Part shown: piece by piece, positions 27,306 to 36,808 of the stretch
Numbering within the stretch: position 1 is the stretch's first letter
How the letters are laid out: each line of letters starts with the position of its first letter
From: an uncultured Acidimicrobiaceae bacterium
Lineage (GTDB): Bacteria; Actinomycetota; Acidimicrobiia; Acidimicrobiales; RAAP-2
Direction: 5' to 3'
Length of the DNA: 64,000 bases
Assembly (NCBI GenBank): GCA_963807775.1
Contig: CAWECY010000004.1
Coordinates: forward strand, 475,873-539,872
Notes under the pieces: generated by a model
What the model was told of the DNA's origin: nothing
Seen by the model: only the letters and a program-made list of their open reading frames with translations
The model's database searches: none
Translations under genes and position numbers: made by a program

Positions 27306-28034
27306 TCAGTCGGCCTTGGGATCCCTGGGGCGCACGCCCGAGGGGCGCGAGAACCGCCTGGGCTTCGCCACCGCCACTTCCTCGGGGTTGCCGGTGGTGC
27401 GGTGGTCCTTTTTTCCGTGACGGCCCCGCTCGAAGACGACGATGCTTGGGTAGAAGTGAATCGAAAGTGTCGACGCCGTGAACTCGGTCGGCTCGAGCGC
27501 ACCGCGGGCGTCATCGGCATTCAGCTCGTCGATGAGTTCCTTGGCCATCTCCATGAACGATCCCGGCTCGCGCAGCCCCCCGCCGTACTCGGGCCAATAG
27601 GCGGTGTGGAGGTCTTCGATGAGGTAGACGCCGCCGGGAGCGGTCTTGGGGTATAGGTAGCGGAACGTCGCCGCCACGTGCGCCATGACGTGGCTCCCGT
27701 CGTCAAGGACCACGTCGGGGGGGCCGAATTCGTCTAGGACCGATTGGAGGAACCCCGGGTCGCTCTGGTCGCCGGTGCGGATCGAGATCTGGTCTTCTTC
27801 GTAGCGGCGCTTGTCCTCGATGTCGAGGCCAATGATCTGGGCGTAGGGGCCGAGGAACTGCTTCCACAACTGCAAGGAGCCCCCCCGGCCCACCCCGATC
27901 TCCCAAAAGAGCGTCGGCCGGTTCTGGTACCGCTCGAAATGACGTTCGTAGACCGGGAAGTAGTGAGTCCACTTGTGAGCCGGATGGCCGCTGTGGGTGA
28001 GGAAGTCCCGCCAGAGCTCAGGCACGGGAAGCAT
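27306..28034 (-). CDS. CmcI/rhamnosyl-O-methyltransferase-like class I SAM methyltransferase
   Basis: Internal ATG at 28034. HKWTHYFPVYERHF...EIGVGRGGSLQLW...GLDI...VLDDGSH are blocks characteristic of the CmcI family. Confidence 0.8.
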   Translation of the reverse strand: MLPVPELWRDFLTHSGHPAHKWTHYFPVYERHFERYQNRPTLFWEIGVGRGGSLQLWKQFLGPYAQIIGLDIEDKRRYEEDQISIRTGDQSDPGFLQSVLDEFGPPDVVLDDGSHVMAHVAATFRYLYPKTAPGGVYLIEDLHTAYWPEYGGGLREPGSFMEMAKELIDELNADDARGALEPTEFTASTLSIHFYPSIVVFERGRHGKKDHRTTGNPEEVAVAKPRRFSRPSGVRPRDPKAD

Positions 28035-28078
28035 CGTACATGGGGGACAATCTCGCGCCGACCGCGTTTCTTGTGCTG

Positions 28079-28825
28079 TTACCTGGGGCGCGTGTCCTGG
28101 GCCAGCGCGCTGGGCTCGTGCGGTGCGTTCTTGGTGCCGATGAACAACAGATCGAAGGCCAACGTGTGCAGCGCCGTGTTCGACGACGACCACGAGTTGT
28201 GGCGGTCCAACCAGTAGCCGATCGGTGGGAAGATCTGATGCAGGTGGTAGGTGGGGACCTTCAAGACGTGGAAGGTGAGCGAGGTGTAGTACTGGGCCAG
28301 GTAGCCGAGCGCCTCGAACGTGCCGCCGAACACGCTGACCTCACCGCCATCGAAGACCTCCGAGCACAGCTGGGCGAGGCCTTGGGCGGTGAAGCGCCAG
28401 TAGTCGTGGTCGTCGTGACGCGGGACCGTCGACGGCACCGAGATGACCACCGTGCCGCCGGGCCTTAAGACCCGATGGATGTCACGGAGCACAGTGAGCG
28501 GCTGGGGGACGTGCTCGAGGAGTTCGAGGGCCAAGACGAGGTCGACCGAATCATCGGCGACGGGCAGCGCCGCGGCGTCGGCGCAGAAGTCGACGTTGGC
28601 GAGGGGCCGGATGTCGGTGGCGAGGTAGCGGCACGTAACGACGGGCTCGAAGCGGCGCACGATGCCGCAGCCGATATTAATCACCAGGGCGTCGTCTCCC
28701 AGGGCACCGAGGCGCTCGTTGATCACCCGGTCGCGACGCGCCAGCGCGCCGTTGCGCTCGGGGTCGCGGCCCTTGGGCCGTGGCCGGGAAGCGGGTGAAT
28801 TCACGGTCTTGGCCATCAACGACAC
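28079..28825 (-). CDS. Class I SAM-dependent methyltransferase (Methyltransf_11-like)
   Basis: VINIGCG, DSVDLVLALELLEHV and LRPGGTVVISVP. Confidence 0.8.
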   Translation of the reverse strand: MSLMAKTVNSPASRPRPKGRDPERNGALARRDRVINERLGALGDDALVINIGCGIVRRFEPVVTCRYLATDIRPLANVDFCADAAALPVADDSVDLVLALELLEHVPQPLTVLRDIHRVLRPGGTVVISVPSTVPRHDDHDYWRFTAQGLAQLCSEVFDGGEVSVFGGTFEALGYLAQYYTSLTFHVLKVPTYHLHQIFPPIGYWLDRHNSWSSSNTALHTLAFDLLFIGTKNAPHEPSALAQDTRPR

Positions 28826-28901
28826 TCCAACGTTCCGGGCTTATCCGGCGCAGACCGGCGTCGGGGGCATCGTAACCCTGCCGCTTCGCGTTGGGGCACG
28901 G

Positions 28902-30035
28902 TTAGGAGAGCACCTCGTCCCAGACGTCTTCGGTCTTGGTGACCATGTCGGCAGCGGAGTGCCGCTGCGCTTCGGCCTGTGCGGCCGCCCCCAGCCGGGC
29001 CCGCTCGGCTGGATCGGCAAGCAGGCCGTTGATCGCTGCGGTGATCGAGGAGATGTCCCCGATGGGCACAAGGAGACCGGTGACCCCGTCGTCGATGAGC
29101 GAGCGCGGGCCGGCGGCGTCGGCAGCGACCACCGGCTTGGCGGCCGCCATCGCCTCGATGACGACGAGCCCGAATGGTTCGCGGCGTGCCAGGTGGACCA
29201 CGACGTCGGCCGCTGCCATAATGTCGTCTTTCACCGCGTCAGAGACGAACCCGGTGATGGTGACGGTCTCTTCGAGTCCGAGTTCGGCGCGCGTGCGGCG
29301 AAGCACCCGGGAGTACTCCGACTCGCTCTCCCATCCACACAACACGCCGCGCACGCCGGGATTGGCTTTGGCGACCCGGGCCATGGCGTAGATGAAATCG
29401 AGCTGGGACTTGTAGTAGTCCACCCGGCCGAACGTGGCCACCACCGGCGCGTCGGTAGCGATGCCGAGTTGGGCTCGCGCCCTGGTCCCGTCGCCTTCGC
29501 CGTGGCGGGCGAGATCGATTCCTGGCAGGATCGTCGATGTCGGGATCGATCGCCCGCGTGGCACCCCGCCCGAGGCGACGATCGAGCCGAAGATGATCCA
29601 CGAAGGGCGAAGCGACGCGAGCAGCCTCGAAGAGATGCGGCGCTTGAGCGAGGGTCCGGTCAAAGGGTCATAGATGTTCCACACGACTGGGACCCGGGCC
29701 CACCGGCCCGCGAGGCTCGCATACAGCATGGTTGAGTTCTCGTTGCCATGGACCAGTTCGATCCGCTCGCGGCGGATGATGTCTTTCAGCTGGCGGGCCA
29801 CCTTGACGACGTTTCCGACATCACGCCAGCGGGTTCGTTCCACGACATGGACGCCGAAACCTTCGTCACCGAGGCGCTTCGCCCACGAGCCGTCCTTCAA
29901 GCAGGCGATGGTGAGCGAGACTCGTGTCGGATCGGCTCGGTGGATGACCTCGTCGAGCATCATCTGGGTGCCGCCGTCGATCTCGCCCACCGAATCGACC
30001 AAGAGGACGCGCCGCGGGGCTTGCTCAGCGGTCAA
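28902..30035 (-). CDS. GT4-family glycosyltransferase
   Basis: RVLLVDS...GG N-domain. C-domain EPFGLVVIEAMAAAKPVVAADAAGPRSLIDDGVTGLLV (EX7E region). The start is inferred as TTG 30035, overlapping the upstream stop. The tracked start at 30095 lies inside the upstream gene. Confidence 0.8.
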   Translation of the reverse strand: MTAEQAPRRVLLVDSVGEIDGGTQMMLDEVIHRADPTRVSLTIACLKDGSWAKRLGDEGFGVHVVERTRWRDVGNVVKVARQLKDIIRRERIELVHGNENSTMLYASLAGRWARVPVVWNIYDPLTGPSLKRRISSRLLASLRPSWIIFGSIVASGGVPRGRSIPTSTILPGIDLARHGEGDGTRARAQLGIATDAPVVATFGRVDYYKSQLDFIYAMARVAKANPGVRGVLCGWESESEYSRVLRRTRAELGLEETVTITGFVSDAVKDDIMAAADVVVHLARREPFGLVVIEAMAAAKPVVAADAAGPRSLIDDGVTGLLVPIGDISSITAAINGLLADPAERARLGAAAQAEAQRHSAADMVTKTEDVWDEVLS

Positions 30036-30921
30036 TCCGAGTGCTCGCCTGGTAGAGGCTGGGTGAAGGCTTGCCGAAGAGCAACCGGCGCACACGGCGT
30101 TCGATCCGTCGCCCGTTCAAGCTGTAGCGCAGGTCCGAAACCTTGGAGAAGCGGGTGGCGAGATCGAGCTCGTCGTCGAGCGTCGACTCGCCGAGGGCGA
30201 TGCGATACAGACGCGACAACAGGGTCTTGGAGCCGCGCAGCTCGGCCGCCGAGCGGTCCTCCAAGATCGGGCCCATGCCCTTGTTGTAAAGGGTGATCAA
30301 GATTGGGTCGTCCGCGAGCACCGGGGCGGGGGACTGGAACGGTGAGAAGAAGCGCATCCAGTCGTTCCACAGCACCGGAGCGACCTTCGAGGACGGGACG
30401 TTGGCGTAGCGGTCGTCGTCCATGAACGGGCCGAAGGCGTCCGCGACCAGCGCGCTCCACGAGAGCTGGCCCCAGTCGTCGCTCTCGGCCAAAGCGCGGT
30501 CTTGGGCCTCGATCCACTTCTCGATGAGTGGTGCCCCGGCCCGGGCCACGATCAGGCTCGAGAAGAAGCGGCCGTCGACGTCACGGCCCCAGCACGCCAG
30601 ATCGTGGTCGTCCACGTAATGGGTAAGGGGCTCGAGCGGTGCGATTGCGACGGTATCGGCGTCGAGCCACAGGCCGCCATGGTGGTACGTGAGCCTGGTG
30701 CGGGCGTAGTCCGAGCGCTTGGCGGGGAGCGGGAGCCGCAGCCAGATCGACGGGTCGAGGTCGGGGATCCAGCCGAAGATGGTGTCTTGGTCGAGGACGT
30801 GCAGCTCCATGTTCGGGCCCACGTGACGGCGGATGGTCTCTAAGCACAGGTCCAGGTAGGCCGGGCACGTGCGACCCGGCAGATCCTCCCAATACATGAA
30901 GACCGGCGTGCGCTCGCTCAA
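30025..30921 (-). CDS. Capsular-polysaccharide-synthesis/GT32-like glycosyltransferase
   Basis: MYWEDLPG...SDYARTRLTYHHGGLWLDADT resembles the Caps_synth / Gly_transf_sug DXD region. Confidence 0.65.
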   Translation of the reverse strand: MSERTPVFMYWEDLPGRTCPAYLDLCLETIRRHVGPNMELHVLDQDTIFGWIPDLDPSIWLRLPLPAKRSDYARTRLTYHHGGLWLDADTVAIAPLEPLTHYVDDHDLACWGRDVDGRFFSSLIVARAGAPLIEKWIEAQDRALAESDDWGQLSWSALVADAFGPFMDDDRYANVPSSKVAPVLWNDWMRFFSPFQSPAPVLADDPILITLYNKGMGPILEDRSAAELRGSKTLLSRLYRIALGESTLDDELDLATRFSKVSDLRYSLNGRRIERRVRRLLFGKPSPSLYQASTRIDR

Positions 30922-31371
30922 CGGGGGCCGACGGGGATGAAAGAGGGCTCGCTAATCACGGGGGGCCAGTCATGGAAAAACGTGGGCACCGGTGCTCGAA
31001 GCAGACGAGCCGTCCGGGTCCCGGTAGGCTACCAAAGGAAACTCCAGGGCATCTCGTGGCAAACCGGGGGCGAGCGGTGCGTCCGGCTCGATGAGGAACT
31101 CTTCGGCCCAGGGACGCCGCGACCCGCGCAGCGATCAATGCCCTCAGCAAGTGTCATTCGAGCACCTGGCGCAGATCGACTTGGTTGTGCCCTGGCGGAG
31201 ATTGACCGACATGGGCAGGCGCCAGACCACGTTCGCTGCGCATCCATCCCGAGCAGGACAGATACGTGGAGTTCGGACTTTGCCCCGAATGCGCCCGCAG
31301 GCACGGGTGGAATGAGAGCCTGGCAGCCGAGTTGACCGACTCCAACGCGACATTGGAGACTCGGCCCCGAT

Positions 31372-32187
31372 ATGACGCAGCAGGAGGGGTTGAACGAGCG
31401 GATCAGATGGAGAGCCCAACTCATCCGCGAATGGATTAAGCCCCCCCCTCGGACCGGGATCTTCCCCGAACAAGAGCACCTGCCAATGCCTCCGCCCAAG
31501 CTCCTCCGCCAGGCCGGACCCATCAAGGCTTTCCACGAGATCCCGCTCATGTTTCTCGCCCGGATGAACATGGCAGGACTCAGACCCGACCACCGAATTC
31601 TTGACATCGGGTGCGGGATCGGGCGCATCACCAGATATCTGTGTGCGTATATTGGCGAGTCCGGTTCTTACGAGGGCTTCGACATCCTCCCTGAGTGCAT
31701 CGACTGGTGTAGGGAGAACATCACGCCCGCGTATCCCAACTTTCGGTTCACGGCCACTCCGCTACGCAATACCTACTACAAGCCTGATCCCGAACTTCCC
31801 GACGCTGCGGCTTTCCGGTTCCCCTACGAGGATGATTCGTTTGATTTCGTCTGCGCCAACTCGGTGTTCACCCACCTCATGCCAGAGGTCTCACAGCGAT
31901 ACTTGAAAGAGACCGCTCGTGTGCTTCGTCCGGGTGGAATCAGTTGCACAACGTGGTTCTGGTACAACGACGACGGGTATTCACACCCACTAACAGAGCG
32001 AATGCACCGGCAGCCGCCGGGGAGGTACGCCGTTCTTAATCCCAACAACGAGGACGCGGCCGTGGCGTATGCAGAGGAGGCAGTGCGAGAGATGTTTGAG
32101 ACCGCAGGACTCGCCATCGTTGAGCCTCTTCACCCCGGCTACAGACTGCAAGATTGCTGTGTAGCCGAAAAGACCGCCTTTCCATAA
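31372..32187 (+). CDS. Class I SAM-dependent methyltransferase
   Basis: ILDIGCGIGRITRYL, SFDFVCANSVFTHL and LRPGGIS. G+C is locally lower than in the flanks. Confidence 0.8.
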   Translation: MTQQEGLNERIRWRAQLIREWIKPPPRTGIFPEQEHLPMPPPKLLRQAGPIKAFHEIPLMFLARMNMAGLRPDHRILDIGCGIGRITRYLCAYIGESGSYEGFDILPECIDWCRENITPAYPNFRFTATPLRNTYYKPDPELPDAAAFRFPYEDDSFDFVCANSVFTHLMPEVSQRYLKETARVLRPGGISCTTWFWYNDDGYSHPLTERMHRQPPGRYAVLNPNNEDAAVAYAEEAVREMFETAGLAIVEPLHPGYRLQDCCVAEKTAFP

Positions 32188-32199
32188 ATTTGGCCATCG

Positions 32200-32546
32200 G
32201 GCGGATCTCCTGTGGTTCGACCTCGATGTCGGAGTGCCCCCGAAGTGCGAGCCCCTCAGCGTCGAGGCGGTGGAGCAAGGTGCCGAAGCTGTAAAACTCG
32301 CCGTTGTAGGACACAACCCAGCGCCCGTTCGGGGACGACATCGGTTGGTGGCCCCGGGGCGCTCGCGGTTAACCACCGCCAGGCGCCGATCGGTCGAGGG
32401 CCACGGCACCCTCAGCCTCGCACCACGGCCCCTCGTCGTCCGAACCGCGGTGGCGCAGCGGAGGCCGCCATCTGGCGCGTCGCGTCCCCCAGTTGCTGCG
32501 GCCCGCGCTCGGCGAGCGGATTGATGAGGCCGGCGATGCCGCACAC
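32200..32546 (-). pseudogene. Decayed, truncated asparagine synthase (glutamine-hydrolysing, AsnB-like) N-terminal fragment
   Basis: GTG at 32546 gives (M)CGIAGLINP.... LRHRGSDDEGPW, RRLAVVN and QPMSSPNGRWVVSYNGEFYSFGTLLHRLDAEGLALRGHSDIEV follow in three different frames. Only the GATase part is present, and it ends against the 3' end of the methyltransferase gene. Confidence 0.7.
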
Positions 32547-32710
32547 GGCTCAGACCCCGCCCGACATGGCGCTCCTGACAGCCCCCCCGACGCGGCCCGG
32601 CTCCGAGGTCGGCCTCCCTGGTTCGGCCATCACGAGACCATCGGCCCGCCGTGGGGTGGCGTCAAGCGCCCGGGACCTGGAATTATGCCGGTTGTGAGCT
32701 CCTTGAGCCT

Positions 32711-33640
32711 ATGGCATCCTGCTTCGGTGAGAAGGGGGGCGTTGTGAGCGTGGGCCGTCGCGCATTGCAAAAGCTGCCCCCCTCCTTGCGCCTGGCCACG
32801 CTCCACGCGCTGGGCCGGTACGCCCCCTGGGAGCCCCAATTCGACTTCACGCCCCCGGCGCTTCTTCCGGGCGAGGTCACCGGGGCGCCCGACTTCGTGG
32901 GTATCGGGGTGCAGAAGGCCGGCACGACCTGGTGGTATGGGCTGCTGGCGGCCCATCCCGACGTCTCGTCGCGGCCCGACATCCACAAGGAGCGGCACTT
33001 CTTCGATGGTTTCGCAACCACGGCCTTCACCTCGGCCGAGATCGCCCGGTACCACGGGTGGTTCCCCCGCCGGCCTGGGACCCTGGCCGGCGAGTGGACG
33101 CCGGACTATTTCTCCTCGCCGTGGGTGGCTCCCCTCCTGGCCCGCGCCGCTCCTCAGGCCAAGCTGCTGCTCTTGTTGCGCGATCCGGTGGAACGCTTCG
33201 TATCCGGCCTCGACCACGCGGCGCGTAGCGGTCGAGCGGCTTCGGGTTCGGTCATCGTGGACGCGGTCGAGCGGGGCTATTACGACCGCGCGCTCACCCA
33301 GTGGCTGGAGCACTTCGACCCCGCGCAGTTGCTGGTGCTCCAGTACGAGCGGTGCGCCGCCGATCCCGCTGGCGTGCTGGCGGCGACCTTCGAGTTCCTC
33401 GGCCTGGCGGACGTGGCCGTGCCCGCGGCGTCGCGTCCGCGCTCGGGCGGCCCCGGCTACACCCTCGACGACGACGCCCGGGCACGACTGGTCGAGCTCT
33501 ACGCGCCCGACGTGGCCGCGCTGTGCGCGCAGCGCCCGGAAATCGACGTGAGGTTCTGGGCGAACTTCGCCTACTTGGCCGATGCGGTGTCGTCGTCGCC
33601 GGGACCCCGCGACGAGGGGAGCTCTCCGACCCGACGGTGA
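32711..33640 (+). CDS. Sulfotransferase
   Basis: IGVQKAGTTWW (5'-PSB loop) and LLLLRDPVERFVS (3'-PB motif). The start is uncertain (ATG 32711 or a nearby GTG). Confidence 0.8.
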   Translation: MASCFGEKGGVVSVGRRALQKLPPSLRLATLHALGRYAPWEPQFDFTPPALLPGEVTGAPDFVGIGVQKAGTTWWYGLLAAHPDVSSRPDIHKERHFFDGFATTAFTSAEIARYHGWFPRRPGTLAGEWTPDYFSSPWVAPLLARAAPQAKLLLLLRDPVERFVSGLDHAARSGRAASGSVIVDAVERGYYDRALTQWLEHFDPAQLLVLQYERCAADPAGVLAATFEFLGLADVAVPAASRPRSGGPGYTLDDDARARLVELYAPDVAALCAQRPEIDVRFWANFAYLADAVSSSPGPRDEGSSPTRR

Positions 33641-34572
33641 TAGTTCGGGTGCTCGCCCATCCGGCCGAGCACCCCGTCCCACAGTCCGTGGACGATGGCG
33701 ACGCGCTCGTCGTTGCTCTGGGCCTGCTGGACCTTTCGGGCCGAGTAGGCCACGTGCCAGAAGTGCCATGTCGGGTCGCCGTGGCGCCGGGCCAGGGCGA
33801 AGGAATTCCGAGCGTGGTAGTAGGCGCGCCAGGCTTCGTCACTGTCGGTGGGCCGCCGCGCCGCCAGCACGCCGCGCCGGCCCTCGGTGGTCTGCTGGGC
33901 GGCGACCCTCTCCGCCGCCTCCACGTCGACGAGCACTTCGAGGCCCGCTTCGCGGATGCGGCAGTACCAGTCGAAGTCCTCGAGGCCGAAGTACCAGTCG
34001 GTGTCGGGGAGGATGCCCCGCTCGAACACCCGCCGGGACATGACCGTGGCCCCCCAGGAGCCGACATGGGTCGGGGCCAGCGCGTGCGGCGTGGTGGCCG
34101 GGGGCACGTCGTTGACCGTGTGCGATCCGCGGCCGATGAAGCTGCGACCGAAGGCCACCACGGCCCCGACGGGTCTCTGGCCGTCGTAGGCGGCGATGCG
34201 CGCCATGAGCCCCGAGAGGCGTGGCCGGGGCAGCGGGAGGAGGCCGATGTCGTCCTCGCACAGATACGCCCACGTGGTGTCGGGATCGGAGAACGCCTCG
34301 GTGATGCCCACCTTGAAGCCGCCGGCCGGTCCCAGGTTCTCGGGCAGCCGGACCATCTTCACCTTGGCTTCGAGCCCGGGATCGTCGAGGCCACCCACCC
34401 CGTTCACCACGACGATGATCGACTCGGGAGCCAGCCCTTCCACCCCGAGCAGCGACCTGGTGAGGTCGCCGGCGAGGGTGGGTCGCATGTGGGTGAGGAT
34501 GACGGCGGTGACCCCGTCGAGGTCTCCTCGGCCTTCGGGGCCGTCCGGTGCCGCCGGTTCCGGGCCCCTCAG
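33571..34572 (-). CDS. GT2-family glycosyltransferase (start codon unresolved)
   Basis: VTAVILTHMRP, VVVNG, PENLGPAGGF, CEDD and GLEDFDWYCRIREAG. There is no ATG, GTG or TTG between the wzt stop and the first beta-strand. Only CTG 34572 (a CTGA overlap) or an undetected indel would provide a start. Confidence 0.7.
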   Translation of the reverse strand: MRGPEPAAPDGPEGRGDLDGVTAVILTHMRPTLAGDLTRSLLGVEGLAPESIIVVVNGVGGLDDPGLEAKVKMVRLPENLGPAGGFKVGITEAFSDPDTTWAYLCEDDIGLLPLPRPRLSGLMARIAAYDGQRPVGAVVAFGRSFIGRGSHTVNDVPPATTPHALAPTHVGSWGATVMSRRVFERGILPDTDWYFGLEDFDWYCRIREAGLEVLVDVEAAERVAAQQTTEGRRGVLAARRPTDSDEAWRAYYHARNSFALARRHGDPTWHFWHVAYSARKVQQAQSNDERVAIVHGLWDGVLGRMGEHPNYHRRVGELPSSRGPGDDDTASAK

Positions 34573-35762
34573 TTGATCTCCCAGTCCGCCCGGACGTACA
34601 CCGGCGTCATGATCATCACGCCATCGGGCGCCCGCAGGGGCTCGGCCCCGAAGGCGTCGAAGGAGGCCAGCGGTTGCCACGGGAGGTACACCTCGCTGCC
34701 CAGGGCCGGTGGTCGGTCGATGCAACACCACAGCGAGAAGTGGCCCTTGGGCAGGGGCAGGTGGCTGAGCCGGCACTTGACCTCGAAGTCGCCCTCGGGG
34801 ACGAAGGTGATCTGGCTCACCACGAACATCGGGAAGGCCGTGCCCTGGGAGACGCCGATGAAGATCCGCGCTTCGAGGGGCTCGGGGGCATTCACGGTGA
34901 GGCGGACGTCGACGTCGGCCTCCGAGCGGATCGGGCCGTCGTCGGCCGACTTGATCTCGGCCTTCAAGGCCCGGATCTTGCCGTCGGTCGGCACGATCAT
35001 CGAGGCGCTCTGCTCCACCGAGGTCCGGTACATCTCGACCACATCCTTGGTCGGCCCCTGGGCCTGGACCACGGCGTCGGCGAGCCAGATGGCCCGCTCG
35101 CAGCTCGCCTCGACCGAGGCGAGGTCATGGGAGACGTAGATCAAGGTGGTGCCCATCCGGACGATCTCGCCGATGCGGGCCAGGCACTTCTGCTGGAAGT
35201 TGGCGTCGCCGACCGCCAGGACCTCGTCCACCAGCAGCACGTCGGGCTCCAAGAAGGCGGAGACCGAGAATCCCAGGCGCATCTGCATGCCCATGGAGAA
35301 GAACTTGACCTGCCGGTTGATGGCGTCGGTCAGCCCGGCGAACTCCACGATCTCGTCGAAGCGCTTGCGGATCGTGGCCCGGCTCATGCCGAGCACCGCG
35401 CCGTAGAGGTAGACGTTCTCCTTGCCCGTGAGGTCGGGGTGCAGCCCGCTGCTCACGCTCAGCAGCGCCCCGATATGCCCTTGGACCTGGCAACGCCCGG
35501 CTGACTGGTAGGTCACCTGGCTGATGATCTTTAGCAGCGTGGTCTTGCCCGAGCCGTTGATGCCGACCAGGGCGACCGACTCGCCCGGCTTGACGTCCAG
35601 GTTGACGTCCTTTAGGACCCAGCGGTAGTTGCGGCGTCCCGCTGACTTGAGAGAGCCCTGCAGCCGCTTCAACTGGTCGTAGAAGAGCGGCACCGTGAGG
35701 TCGGCCCGGAACTTCTTCCAGACGTGTTCGACCTGGATCGTCCCGTTAGGCAATGTCGGCAA
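34569..35762 (-). CDS. wzt: Polysaccharide-export ABC transporter ATP-binding protein with a C-terminal extension (Wzt/TagH type)
   Basis: Walker A GINGSGKTTLLK, signature-like FSMGMQMRLGFS and Walker B VLLVDEVLAVGD. About 150 extra beta-rich C-terminal residues sit where Wzt carbohydrate-binding domains occur. Confidence 0.9.
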   Translation of the reverse strand: MPTLPNGTIQVEHVWKKFRADLTVPLFYDQLKRLQGSLKSAGRRNYRWVLKDVNLDVKPGESVALVGINGSGKTTLLKIISQVTYQSAGRCQVQGHIGALLSVSSGLHPDLTGKENVYLYGAVLGMSRATIRKRFDEIVEFAGLTDAINRQVKFFSMGMQMRLGFSVSAFLEPDVLLVDEVLAVGDANFQQKCLARIGEIVRMGTTLIYVSHDLASVEASCERAIWLADAVVQAQGPTKDVVEMYRTSVEQSASMIVPTDGKIRALKAEIKSADDGPIRSEADVDVRLTVNAPEPLEARIFIGVSQGTAFPMFVVSQITFVPEGDFEVKCRLSHLPLPKGHFSLWCCIDRPPALGSEVYLPWQPLASFDAFGAEPLRAPDGVMIMTPVYVRADWEIN

Positions 35763-36655
35763 AGTTCACCTCCAACCGCTTGAAGATGCGATAGCCGACC
35801 AGGACGTACATGATCGCCCCGAGCGTGGCCAGCCCGATGAGTTTCCAGTCGGGTTCCAGTCCGAGCAGCATCGTGCGCCGCACGTTGTCGATGACCGGGC
35901 CCAACGGGTTCAAGAACGAGTAGATGGGCAGGATCCACGTAGGGAGCTTGGAGAGCGGCCAGATGACCGGCTCGACGAAGAGACCCAGCGACAAGATGAT
36001 CGGAAGCACCTGAGCGAGGTCGCGCATCTGGATGATGATTCCGGCCACGGCCAGGGTGACGCCCGCGGCGAAGAGCACCTCGATCAGCATGAACAACGGC
36101 GCCCACAGTGTGGCGATCGCCGGGGCCCGGCCGAAGATGACAAACAAGATGGCGAGCGGGATCCACGAGAGCACCGTGTTCAACGCCGTGACCCCCATGG
36201 TCTCAAGTGGGAAAGCACTCCCGGGGGAACTGGGTCTTGGCCAGCAGGGCTTTGTTGGCCAGCAGCGAGCCTCCTCCGGTCCCGAGCGCGCCGGCGAAGA
36301 ACGTCCAGCACAGGATGCCGACGAAGGCGAAGAGGGCGAAGGGGATGCCCTCGGTACCGAAGGTCTTGGCCCGAGAGAAGACGACGACCATGATGGCCAG
36401 CGTGAGCAGCGGGGTGAGCAGCGCCCACATGATGCCGAGCGAGGCCTGCTTGTACTGGACCCGGAAGTCCCGCTCGGCCAGGGTGTACATGATCTCGCGG
36501 GCGTTCCAGAGCTTGCGGACCGACGCCACCATGGACACCTTGTGGTGGTAGATGAGCTCGGGTGGGGGCTCTTCGGGGATGGCCGCAACGTCGGTCACGA
36601 CGAGAACGCCCTGATCCGACAGATCAGGCTCTACTACCGACACTGCCCCTCCCAT
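35746..36655 (-). CDS. wzm: ABC-2-type polysaccharide-export permease, split by an apparent 1-nt frameshift
   Basis: The N-half (LWNAREIMYTLAERDFRVQYKQASLGIMWALLTP...KTQFPRECFP) is in ORF 36203..36718. The C-half (FPLETMGVTALNTVLSW...RIFKRLEVNFADIA) is in ORF 35746..36588. The junction is at 36203-36211. The start is uncertain (36655 or 36532). Confidence 0.8.
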
Positions 36656-36808
36656 CTCAGACAAAGAGCCCCTGGCAGTCCAGTTCCAGGTGGCGATGTA
36701 TCCCTCCCACCTGGCCAATCGGGCCTAGCCACGAAATTGACTTGTCGGCAAGTTTATCGCCCACGGGGACCAGGAAAGACCGCAGCACACGGCCGGTAGC
36801 ATCGCCCC

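Noticed and set aside
35746-36718. Two separate overlapping genes (ORFs 36203..36718 and 35746..36588).
   Set aside because: Together they reconstitute one ABC-2 permease, with the junction ..KTQFPRECFP / LETMGVTALN... Neither half is a complete Wzm.
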